A stretch of 64,000 bases of DNA, from positions 4,073,929 to 4,137,928 of the forward strand of contig OZ037769.1 of NCBI GenBank assembly GCA_964035545.1, given 5' to 3'. A program made the position numbers and the translations under genes. Below, one piece after another: positions 1 to 12,286 of the stretch. The notes beneath the pieces were generated by a model that searched no databases, was not told the DNA's origin, and saw nothing but the letters and a program-made list of their open reading frames with translations. Origin of the DNA: Bugula neritina. Taxonomy: Eukaryota; Animalia; Bryozoa. The stretch's first letter is position 1. Each line of letters opens with the position of its first letter.

Positions 1-376
1 GGTTAGACTTAGTGTTAGCGATAGTGTTGCAGCTACTCTTGATATTCAGTTTTAAGTGTAACCCTAAAGTAAGAGTAAGTCTAAGTATTATATTTCTTGC
101 ATCCTGACCGTGATTGTCATACTGATACTAATTGTGGTTGTCATTGAAATTTGATACACGTGACTTATTTATAATAATAATTATAATATTATTGAAATTT
201 TGAAAGTTTTTAATATTAATAAAATTAAAATTAAATGAATCATTTACAATATTTTTCTATTTTGCATTTTATTATTTAATTTTATATTTAATAATATTGA
301 TTACAATTTTTATATTTGTTTCAGTTTGAATTATTGATACTAAAAGTAAATTTAAAGTGTTGATGTACTGTTGTAG

Positions 377-3300
377 TTGTCACTGGTATCTCAGGTGGGA
401 TAGGCAAAGCTTATGCGGAGGAGCTAGCAAAAAGGGGATTGAATTTAATTCTTATTAGCAGAGATAGTAGAAAGCTGCAGCAGACAGCTATACAGATAAG
501 TAAGGAATATATTTGCTGTGACACTTTTGTGGCGGATTAGCGTTATATGAAACAGGAAAATCATGAACCAATAACTGTTTTATAATTGTAACATATTATT
601 TAGCAATTTAGTTTTGATTGCTTGTTAATTATTGGTGTTGCGTTTTTACGCTTTCTCAATTGACAAACTTTTCTAAGAATCATATTTCTCTCCTAACTTG
701 CCATGGCAGTTTTTTAAAAGCCTTTTAGGCTTCAACCATAGAAAAGTTTATCGTTTTTGTTTATTAGATGAAACATATCAAGTGGAAGTTGATTTTATAT
801 CTATAACTTTTGACGGAGATGCTGGAAAATATGACCGTCTGAAGATAGAATTAGACAAGCGGGACATAGGAATACTAGTAAACAACGTTGGGGTGATGTA
901 TGACTACCCGCAGCATTTTCTAGATGTGCCATCGCAGGTTAGTTTTGTTTTGTTGAGTTCATAACATTATAGTGCAACACAAGGGAAAACAATTTCTGAT
1001 CATTATTGGTAATTTCTTAAGAGGCTCGTTAGAGGTTGCCCTTTAAATCATGTAAAAATGCATTTTTTGCTTCAGTTTAGGCTGTAGCACTCTGTGATGA
1101 TTCCTGAAACCAACATTGAGTCTCCGCATAAAGCTTGCTATTTGCTTTTCACTACATTGTTACAATTTTTCTCTAGAATTCATGCAACATTCATCATAAC
1201 ATAACATAAACTCTCTTACTTACAATTTGTCTACTAGTTTGCTATGCAGGAGATCACAGATCACCTGTTGTTTTCTTGGTCGATGATTATTATCATAATA
1301 TGATAGTTGCTTATATTATAAGCTCCTCCCACTTTTTGTATATATGTAATTACTGTGTTTTATACTATAAAGGATTCAACCTAATAAACCGGTGAATGAT
1401 TCATATCTTTGTGAACTTACGACTATACAAATGAATCACAACAGACATTAAGACAACTATTTTACTATGTTTGATGATTTCAGAGACTCTGGGAGTTGGT
1501 AAATGTAAACATAGCAGCAACAACTGTGGTAAGAGTTTCTACATGTTACTATATATATAATAATATTGGAAGGGTGTCTGTTTACTGTTCTTTGATACAA
1601 GTGAAAGCCCTTGCAGCAATTTATTTTTTAATGAAAGCAGAAAGTGTGCAAACCTCATAAATTTTGTGCTAAATGGTTTGTTGAAGACTTAATGCGTGGT
1701 AGTATCTTTATTATTTATTTATTTGTACGACATTGAGTTTTATGCTAAATCAACTTGCAAATTATATCCTATGAGATTTTAAAGTCATTAGATAGAAATT
1801 AAAACAACGAAAATCCTGCACTTAATGTGTTGTATAATGCCATTGTAGGCTAATAGAATAGAGGGATTATATTGACCAGGCAGTATCCTAAATGTTTACG
1901 TGCATTAATTTGTCATAGCATATTCTAAACGTTTGCTCTCATAAGTTTATTGTTTTTGGTGTGTACAAATCTTGACAGCGAAAAGATAGCTACTGGCAGA
2001 GGGCATGTTTTTGTGCATTTTCTTAACCAACATACTGCAGCTTTTGCGTTGCTTGTAAGATGCCACGGTCTTCAAATCTGCTAGGGTTTATGTTCTCTCT
2101 GCATATTTACCAGATGACTCATCTCATACTACCTCAGATGGTAGAGAGGGGGACGGGAGCCATTGTGAATCTTTCAGCGGGAGGGTCTTCAAAACCAACT
2201 CCACAGATGACGGTCTATGCTGCTACTAAGGTAATACTAACAATGTATCAACCAGTCACATTAGCTATTGCAACATGTCAGCCAATCACAGTGGTCATTG
2301 TAGTGTCTTGGCCAATCACGGTAGCCATTGTAATATATCAACCAATCTGGTATTGCTAGACATCATAGTCGATGTAAACATCGTAGATAAGTTTATACTT
2401 AATTTTTCTCAACTGATCACAATCACGGGCACTTTTAACCCAAAGTATTAATATTTGTTCATTTTTATTAATGCTGAAATTGTCACTCAAAAATTATTAT
2501 CCAATTTTTGTATGATTTGTTAGAGGAGTTGTCATTTCAAAGTTTGATTTTTACCATGGGAGAATAACTTCCTTAGGCATAATTTGAATTAAATACAATG
2601 TAATACTTAAATGGTCTGTTGCACTGCTTTACCAAGGTGGATAATCACTGCTTTTCTATGACTGCGTATTATGCAAATATATGCCAATACGGATTAACTT
2701 GTGGTAGGGGGTTTTCATTAACTTGCGATTGTGGCATAATGGGAATCATTGAAATGCAGTGAATCTGTCATTTCTAGGCCTACATTGATCTCTTCTCTCG
2801 AGCTCTAAACTATGAGTATAAGGATTACGGCATCACTGTGCAATGTCTCCTACCCTTCTACGTCGGCACCAAGTTTAGTAGAATATCATCCAAACCAGGC
2901 AAACTGATACACTTTATACCGTCCGCTGAGTGTTATGCCAGCCATGCCATCTGTACTCTGGGGTACAGTTCCCGTACTTGTGGCTACTGGCTACACTCCA
3001 TACAGGTAAACTGTTTATATTATATATACACATGTGTTGCATGCGATTATAGTATACTGCTAGAGTAAGCTCAATGTTTCACTGCAGCATATGTAATAAA
3101 ATTATGACTGATATCAATGAAGCATTTCATTACTAATAGTTTTATGAGATACACACACAAACACATAATATATCTTCAGGTACACTAACTGTGTAGGTAT
3201 CTTATTCAACAGCACATTAGCTAATGTATCACTTGTGACGGGCTGTTTTTATTGTTTTATGTTTCGAAATACAGATTTCTTAGCAGATTACTGCTCTTCA

Positions 3301-3480
3301 AAAACGTGACCAAACTGGAACTTGTGCTATATCTCTTGATAGGGGTGTATTGTGAGGGCTATCCCAGAGTGGTTGTGGATGTGGGGGGCCAGTAGGCTAA
3401 ATCAGGCACTTAGAAGACAAGCAAAAGAAAGACTAAAGTCTAAATCATCAAAGAGCCTTAAAGATGTAGACAATGGATGA
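377..3480 (+). CDS. HSDL1: Hydroxysteroid dehydrogenase-like protein 1 (SDR, 17beta-HSD12/HSDL1 group), 5'-partial; exons 377-499, 768-937, 1484-1528, 2114-2230, 2778-3005, 3343-3480
   Basis: GT-AG exons join in frame: VVTGISGGIGKAYAEELAKRG (TGxxxGxG), ILVNNVG, GAIVNLSAG..KPTPQMTVYAATK (YxxxK), and a C-terminal PEWLWMWGA typical of HSDL1; TGA at 3478-3480. The N-terminal exon(s) are not identifiable in the window. Confidence 0.88.
2247..2350. repeat. Degenerate ~30-bp tandem repeat (3-4 copies, core CCAATCAC) in an HSDL1 intron
   Basis: caaccagtcac / cagccaatcac / tggccaatcac / caaccaatc recur at 30-bp spacing. This explains the repeated QP(V/I)T..I pattern in the tail of ORF 2060..2359. Confidence 0.6.
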
Positions 3481-4465
3481 CCAATTATTTTTTGAGTTCA
3501 GTCTTTATTGTTTAAGATATTGAGTATGGAGTTATTATATTTTGCACCGTCACTAGGCAACAACTTTTCTATATTGCCGTTACCATAGTTACTCACTTTA
3601 TTCCTAGTAATATTGCATCACTTTTTCACTGCAGTTAAGCCTTTGTAGTCGAGTTTATTTCTCTGCAAAATTTGAATGCCAAAATGTTTCTGCTCAAATT
3701 TTCTTGATGCTCACAGAATAAATTATGCAAAGCAAACCACTTAAATTGCCTCCTGGATTTGGTTTGGAAAAGTTCTCTTGTATGCTCTGTGTATCTCATA
3801 TTACATGAATTATTTCTTGAATAAATCATGAATTACTGTGGCTCCAGAAACATTATATTTTACTATCATTTACTTGTAAACCTTCCAATTTTAGTACAAA
3901 AGAGCCTAAAAGCTTGTAGCTGTAGTCTTCATTATATATATATATATATATATAACCCCAAACCTGTACACCAACATTTTTAGAAGCCGTTCAAACCTTA
4001 AGACCCTCTTTGCTGTACAGAATTTATTACAAATATATATAGCATATATTCATGAAATTATTTTAAGTTTATACGGTGCAGTCTGTATTACACAATGTTT
4101 CACAAAAAGTGTAAATTCTATTAGAAACATGATGACAGTATCCATTCATATATTTTGTTCTATAATATGACTATAGCTCAACAAGTTTAGTTTACAACCA
4201 CTTTAAATGAATTCAAACATAAAATATAAATTGAAAATGTTTTTGGATGAAAAAATTAAACTAGAAACTTCATAGTTTTAATACTGAAACTGGCAAAATG
4301 AGTTGAAGCTGGTAAAATATTTCAATGATATATTCAATATATTAACCACTCATCTTCACCGCAAAAGCTTACTTTTATTATAAAAATGACAATAGAGATG
4401 ATCAAAACATGAGCGAAGCTATATTTTTATGATCTTATTTAACTAAACAGGCATGAGTTAACAAG

Positions 4466-7400
4466 CTATAGAGCCGTCACTCGATAGAAAGGTACTCCAC
4501 TGTCAGATAACTCGAATGAATACTCCGTTATATCCCTAGAGGTTGTGGCTGTCACAGATTCTGACAGTTTTATTTTCTTCCCAGGTGGCTGAGTAGTCAC
4601 TACAATATCCGAATAGCTATGCTCGGCAGCATTGAGCTCATGTAGTATGGTTTCGGTGGCCTGAAGATCATTGGTAATGCTGTCTGTCGTAATGATTGTA
4701 ACTGGATCAGACGTATGACTCTCTATTTTAGTCTGTAACCACGCCAGCCTTCCCTTGTCATCCATAGACTCCCAGATTTGAACAAAACATGCCACAGCGC
4801 GACTGTAAGTTTCGGGACTTTGTCTTATACTTTCCATCAGGGTGGACTCTATGCCTACAAACGATATGCTGTACAGTTAACAATTGTATCACACAATGTC
4901 ATATGTTCGTCTTACATTTGTGTATCTTATTACAAAATAATATAATTTCATAAAAAAGAATATATTTCTAACAGATTTAGTGGACAAATGCTAATTTTTT
5001 TCCATCTTGAAAGTCAAACAGTTGCAAATTACATTAGGTAAAACCAGATTTGTGTGTGAAGATAACTCTCAGATAATAGCTTCACAATCTACCATTTGAT
5101 AGTGCAGTTTATGGTAGGCCTCAGTAGTGTGAAATATGACAATCCTGTCATTTTAAATTTGAAATTGACTGAGAGCAAAAAATAAACTGGAGCAACTTAC
5201 TATCTAAAGCCACTTGTTTAATCATCTCTCTCTTTGTTGGGCCTCCTCTTTTTCTTTTCCCATCACTACATAAAAATGGTTTAGTAAATTTGTGGCATTT
5301 AATGTAAAAGTATTCACAATGAATTTACGTGCAAATAATACAGAACCTGCTACATCAAGTATAAATTATAATTATACACTTTTAGAAGTTGTCTGTCCAT
5401 AACCTTACTTAGTATTTTCTGAAGGAAGAATGTCTTCGAACTCCTTGAGAGAAGTAATTCCTCTAAGGCCTTTGTTCCAAGGTATCTTAGGCACAACTGA
5501 TTTGGGTGGTTTAACAACTGTGCCGAATCGGTCTTTAGAAAACTGTTTCCACAAGCTATAACAATTGTTGTTACAGTTAATGAAAAGAAGTAAAAACTAT
5601 AGGCAAATCATGTATATATAATTCTAAAGAACAACTTACTCAGGTATATGAGAATAATTACAGAAACAAATAACAAGTACAAACCTGTAAAAACATCCTT
5701 TATCTGGGCATAGACCTCTATTGCACACGATATCACAATATCTATCACCATATTCAGCTTTGAGATCGTTGTAATGTTTAGTATAACTATCAGATACGCC
5801 CATTCCTTTCTCATAACATTCCAGAATCTTCTCTTTTACACTATTCAACACCGGCATGTGCTTCAGGCCATCCTCCACGCTGTGATTGTGAGTGTATCTG
5901 AACCTGACTCGGCATCTGAACTGAGTTCTCATTCGTCGGTTCAAACATCTGCAACATAGCATAGCTTCAGAACTTGAAACATGTGCCGGGAGTGATCATA
6001 TACGCCCCAAACCTCTAGAAAAAAAACATAGATAAGAAACTGCAACATATATATTTAAAATTTATTGACCAATAAATATATGGTAAGGTAAAGAAAATAC
6101 CAGTCTTTTGAAAAAAAATTGACAAAATACCTGTAACAAAATTAACCAATCACTGAAATCACATGAAAACACAGTCTAGGGTTAACCAAGACAAAAACAA
6201 TACAAGGTATTAGTAATGAAATCTAATTGAAAAAAGAGAAGCTAATGCAGAGTGATGACTGATACAAGTTTCTTGATCAATATGAATATTGAGTACACAT
6301 GTGAATAAATATAGTATTACCCTTTAGAGAGCTTTTCTGGGTCAATAGTAATAGACAGCATGCTCGGGCAATCACAGCTCTTCCCTTTTACAAATTTCTT
6401 ACTCTTGGTTTGGTTCATATGACACCTGAAATCAACCTACCAGTACAAAAGTAAATAAACTAAACAGAAGAATGAGTTGAAAACTGTGAGCCATTTTAAA
6501 ATTAAATATTTCAAGAAATCTTTTACCCCTTTTGAAATGAAATGAGCTTAAAATAATGTTTAAAGCTGCTTAAAAACAAAAAAATATCAGCATTACCATC
6601 AACAAAAAAATTCTATATTAAGCTGGAAGACTTGATTCTCACTATAACTAGGTATAACTATAGAAAAACAGCAGTATGGAAATTACAGCATAAATTGCTA
6701 CTACCTCTAACAGTCATTTTAGTCAGTTGTTTTGACACTGAAGCAGACGTCAATAATTAGTGGCTATTTTCATACTATTGCATACTTTTGATAAGTTAAA
6801 ATACCAACAAGAATGCTACCTTGTATGCCCCTTCTTTCTTAGGTTTATAAGTCTTCCAAACTCGATACCGCACTTGAGAAATATGCTCGAGCTGTTGCAA
6901 CCATTCGGCAACTGTCTGTCTGTTTGTCACACCTGCTACTCTAAATTCTATCAGATTTTGTTCCTCGTTGATTGTTGTGTAATTATACAGGTATTTGTGA
7001 GATTTTGGCAAACGCTTCTAAAACACAGACACATATCTTTCTAGTTTCTACCAATCAAAATTTATATTAACTAAGGTACTTATATTTAAAGTATAAATTG
7101 ATTAATTAGAGAAGAATGTATTATAAAAGACTTGAATATTTAGTATTTATTTACCGCTCTGAAAGCATCAAAGTCATAGAAATCTTCTGCAGCCGTTTGG
7201 GTGATTGCTTGTACCACTGGTAAATGTGAATACGCTGGCAATATTTTCTCTGCAACATGATTGGCTAGATATATAATGTGTATAGAATGCAGATAGGTAT
7301 GTATAGAATATAGATAGGTATACAATATAGAGAGATGTATAGAATAGAGATAGATGTCTAGAATACCACATATATAGATAAATAGATAGATAGAATACCA

Positions 7401-9530
7401 TACAGATAGATAAATAGATAGATAGAATACCAGGTAGTTAGAGAAATAGATAAAATACATATATAATACATAATACTAGACAGATATGTATAGAATATAG
7501 ATAGATATATATATATAGAATACAAAAAAGCCAACATCCCAAAGTGACAGTCTTTTTTTAGAAAAAATGTTATAATTTGACCAGCAATACAACACTCAAC
7601 ACCCTCACAGTTGCAAACACTATAGCTTGATGATAATGCTATAAAATAACCTTACTCACTACTTAAATGCTATTTTTAACATTACATGAGTTTTTTCTGC
7701 TTAAAAAACAAAAATAAAATAATTTTTAAACAGTGTATCCATTTATTAGTTAATTAATTTGCAAACAGTGTATCCAATTATTAGTAATTCGAAAAAAGAA
7801 ACTGCCTAAAAAGGAAACAACTCCTGTTGATCATTAAAAATAGATTTGGTAAAAGTTAGCTACATATATTCAGTCATGGTGTTGTATTTGAAAATGCAAC
7901 TTAAAAATGATGAATGGCACCGGAGAGTGAATAATAAAGTATGGTATTGACAATAACACAATATATAATATAAAATATAGTATTGCTATGAGAATCATAA
8001 CTACAACAAAGATGATTATAGAACACAGCCTTGAGTATAGAGAACAAAAACCAACCTCCTTGCTGGAGAATACGAGATGAAGCAGTAGGATGGGAAAGTA
8101 CTTGCGGACTCATACCAATCTCAATGGGGGCTGATAGCTCAGCTGACGTGCCTACTGTCTGTTAATAGAAAACTGTCCACTATTTCACTGTATTTTTGAC
8201 ACCGGAAATGTCAACTTTAATTAAAGTAAAGCTGAGGCATAAATTAAAATTTTACCACTATAATATCCAGGTATTTAATCTATAAAAGAAAACTATATGA
8301 AACTTGAACGGTATATCAATAGATATGCATATGCATATACACACCCTAGTTGACTTTACAGCTGTACTCGAGGCCAGTGGAAGTCTTCGCATAGTATCCG
8401 TGTGAGAATAAGACGGTTTTATCACATTTATCTTAATATTATTATTTTCAAGCTGAAATAAAAAACATCAATAAATAAAATAAAGGCAAACATTTAAGTT
8501 ACTTGAAAAAGAAAATTACAAGTGCTGATGTATAAAATATGAATATGCAAGCTTTTCTTTTAAATTTTCAACTTTCATTAATTATAAACAATACACTTAA
8601 AACATCTCAATTAATTTGGTTATATTTCTCTACTTGGTTTTCAAAAGATGCTTTATGTAACCAAAATTTTCAAAAATGTTGGTAGAACTCCAAATAAAAA
8701 ATTTAAATGTTTCTTGTACATATCCTAAAAACTAAATTGTTTGTCTGAACCAAAATTTGATATTTAAAAGATGTATCACCTCATGACTTGGTAGAAAAAT
8801 TCCACTTTCACCATTGAGAAACACCTGGCAACCAGTCAAACACCTTGCATCTACTTGCATTGCAGTGTCAGGTGTAGGAGACTGTCGTAGATTCGTAACT
8901 CCAGAGCTAGAAACCAGCGAATCTGTTCCAACTGAGCTCTGTTTAGAGCAGGCAGAAAGAAGAGTGCTGGCTGAGCTTGAAATAGCCGAACTACTTTTTG
9001 AAACCAAACTAATTCCACTAGAAAGATTGTGAGATGACACAGAAGTTTGACGATTTGTAGATGAAAAAGTTTGAAAACTTGTAGAAGTAGAATTTTTATA
9101 TCTCGACGGCAAAGGAACAACTATTATTTGAGGATCTGAGTGATTGAGATGAGTAGAAGTCACAAGACCAGGGCGATGAGTCACATTACCAGGGCGAGGT
9201 TTAGCTGGAGCAATGGTTGTAGTTTTGGGAAGAATGACAAAATCTGGTAGATTTGAACTTGGCACAGAAGTTGTTGTTGAAGAGTCTGAAGTAGTTGGAT
9301 TATTGCTCTAGAAATAAACATGTGAATATTTTTATAGAAAATTACAAAGGATCACCAAAATCTAAAAGCTTTTTGACATTTTACATTCTTGTATTTGCTG
9401 TGCTACGAGTATTATCACAAAAAAGTGCAGAAGCATTGCTAATGAGGAACTTATATGCATTGTATTATTTTTGTATAAAATATTGACTTACCCTATCAGA
9501 ACCATCATCAAAATATTGTGGTGAGGCCAT
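4466..9530 (-). CDS. ~688-aa protein with a WRKY/FAR1/GCM1-like CCHH zinc finger (MULE transposase-derived DNA-binding domain), Ser/Thr-rich N-terminus and basic NLS; exons 9492-9530, 8780-9307, 8345-8452, 8056-8158, 7155-7264, 6820-7017, 6321-6436, 5685-5948, 5409-5555, 5201-5265, 4466-4854
   Basis: Eleven exons with canonical splice sites and matching phases form one ORF: MASPQYFDDGSDR...EWLQQLEHISQVRYRVWKTY...VDFRCHMN-x-KSCDCPSML...RFRYTHNH...VKEKILECYEKG...NRGLCPD...LWKQFSKDRFG...KRKRGG...stop at 4466. Zn-ligand spacing is C-x17-C-x35-H-x-H. Confidence 0.78.
7267..7522. repeat. (TAGA)n/TAGAATA-rich degenerate satellite in an intron
   Basis: Repeated tagata / tatagaata units; the source of the YLSI-rich spurious ORFs 7140..7460 and 7174..7401. 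Confidence 0.7.
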
Positions 9531-10319
9531 GAATGTTTAATCTTCACCAGATTATTGATTGTAACAGGAGTACCAGATGTCTAATACATCTTTTTCTACA
9601 GTTATTTTAAATAGCTATGTACAACGGTTACCATATATTTTTATGCACTGCATTAAAATTATATGAAATATTATTGATTGGACAAACCATTAAATTCTTC
9701 AGCATGCAGCTCAAAAGTGAGATGAATTAAAAATAAATATTATTTTTTTTTTAAATTTTGACTACTTAAATTAAGAAAACAAATTACCATCTCAAACAGA
9801 CTCTCAATCACACTCTTATGCTTTCCTTTAGGTTTAACTCAGTTGTACAGCTGCTCTGTCCTTTTAGAGTTAGCATTGCTAATATCATTATAATTAGACT
9901 TACTCTTAGTATCTTTATAAATATTTTTTTTATAAGTATAACATTCTGATTATTATTAACACCCCTGAAATCATCATAAATGACAGTGAGTGTGACTATG
10001 AATATGACTATAACTATAAATAATACTAAAATAAAAAGGTTCCAGGTTCCAACCTAAGTATTAAATTTGAATTTCTTATTCATAGTCAAACCCATACTCA
10101 TACTGATACTCACACTCACACTGTGAATCATTGCCCATTGGACTTGCTATAAATATAAGAATATTAATTGTAGTAATGTTATTACTTATTATTTTAATAC
10201 TTATTTAGTTATTACTATTAGTAATTACTAATTTAATATACATCTTGTAATTTTCGATTATAATATTACTATTTTTGATTTATATCGCAAAATAATAGAT
10301 AGAATAAATTTAAAATCTA

Positions 10320-10840
10320 CTTATAGTTCAAGTTGTGCTTGTACTTGTAGCACTAGTTGACTAGTAGTACTAATAGTTCACTAGTAGTAGTACTACTAGT
10401 AGTTGAGTCGTAGTAGTTGGCTGTTGTAGCTAACTTTCACTTTTACTTTTAGGCCGTTACACTTACAGTGCTTTTTACTACAGAACGTAATAATTGTGTA
10501 ATAATTATAATCAATGAAAACAATGAATAAAAATAAGTATTTATCATTCGGTTTATAGTCATAATGGATATTTACTTATAATATTATAAATATAATATAC
10601 TTTGCATTTGCAATCTTTGCCTACATTTTAAACATACATATTTATTTGAAACGTCAAAAACAACCTTGACATGTTTACCGTGAAATAACTTTGCATATAT
10701 TTTATTACTATATTACTTATTAATTACGCATCAGACTCTTTAAGCAGATTTCATTGTATGCTAGTTCTTGGGTTATATATTTGTTGGGATTTACCACTTC
10801 AACTATTGTGGTTTCGTCACTAACGCAGTCACTTGGTACT
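10320..10840. promoter_or_regulatory. Probable shared (head-to-head) promoter region between the zinc-finger gene (-) and the lipase gene (+)
   Basis: The genes diverge. Candidate non-coding first exons end in donor-like sites at ~10320 (-, AA|gtagat) and ~10836 (+, TG|gtact), with a further (-) UTR-exon candidate at ~9788-9878. This is inference only. Confidence 0.35.
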
Positions 10841-12286
10841 AGTACTAGTAGGTCATAGCCCATAGGTCTGCTATAATAATATGCTCCAATTCTTCTAGGA
10901 GTCCATATGGAATTAAAATTATATAATTGTAGTAGTATTTCAGACCATGTCCATGGTGGATGATTGTGAATATTATTATTAACTAATGAATAATTTAAAT
11001 TTTAATCATTCACAGTTTACCAATAGTAAAACTAAAACTAAAAGTAATAGAGTAATACTTGTTAAAATTATAATCATTATGAATATGATAATGCTATTAG
11101 TATTATCATTATGATTATTATTATAATATTCATGTTGATATAGAGTGATATTTATCAGAAATTAGAATAATTTGTATAATTTACTTTTAGTTTTTAGTTT
11201 TATAAATACATAAAAACAGCTTTATTACTAGTGCTATTACAGTATTACTATTAGCACTACTAGTACTACTAATACTAAAGTGTTAGTAAAACAGTATGAG
11301 CTTGAACTACAAAGCTGCATGTTTAACTTTATGTTATTGTTAATGTTATGGTAATGTTTATTCTGATATTATCACCGGTTCACTTTTAGTAACTGATGAC
11401 TTAACTTGCTAACTTTTAAAGCCTAGTAACGTTTACTGTATTCTAACTAAAACACAAGCACAAAATGAAATAGAGATTGTACTAATAGACCTAGGGCTAG
11501 TAGGCTTGTTTCACAAACAGAACTGTAGCTGTAAGTGTAATATAATTATACTGGCTTAGTTTTTACTTTGGTTGCAAAAAATTCTTGACAGTTTTAGTTT
11601 GGGCTTTTTATTTCAATTCATTTTTCAACAGTTTAGTAAAACTAAATCAAATTGACTTAAAAATAATCTGTTTACTTGACTGCAGGTGATCAATAAGAAC
11701 ATTTTTTTAGATAAAGTTTTAAATTGAATTTAAATTTACTTAATTTTCATCAAAATCATTAAATTAAATTCTTGATTATGAGTATTTATTATCTAGCTAA
11801 AATAGTTATATTTGATTAATGAATATTAATTATTTTTAACTAATATATTTTTTGTGGACTAAATGCATGTATCTCCCTCATGACTTATAACTGTAGGTAT
11901 AACATCTGTAATTAGTATTAAACTTTATGTAGTTAAATTCTTATGAGAATAGAAATACTGTCATAAGTATCATACTGCTAATTTTGCATGCTGTATGAAG
12001 AAAAACACATTAATAACAAAGCTTATTTTTTGATATTGATAATAATAATACCCACATAACTACAGTAATATAATATGATGATACTATTCTGATAAATAAG
12101 CTTAAAAAATTAAAGCATGCCTTGCAAATTTGTCATATTTAAATAGGATTAATTCCTAATTAGGAAAAATGCTAATGTTTTTCTTTTTTGATAGATTTCA
12201 TATCGCACACAGACGTCTCTTTGTTCTACTAATTAGGACATCTATATTATTTTAGTAAAAAATGTTATAAGTCAACAACTGCTGTG

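Noticed and set aside
5949-6014. Upstream alternative acceptor for the zinc-finger exon
   Set aside because: It introduces an in-frame stop; the acceptor at 5949-5950 maintains the frame.
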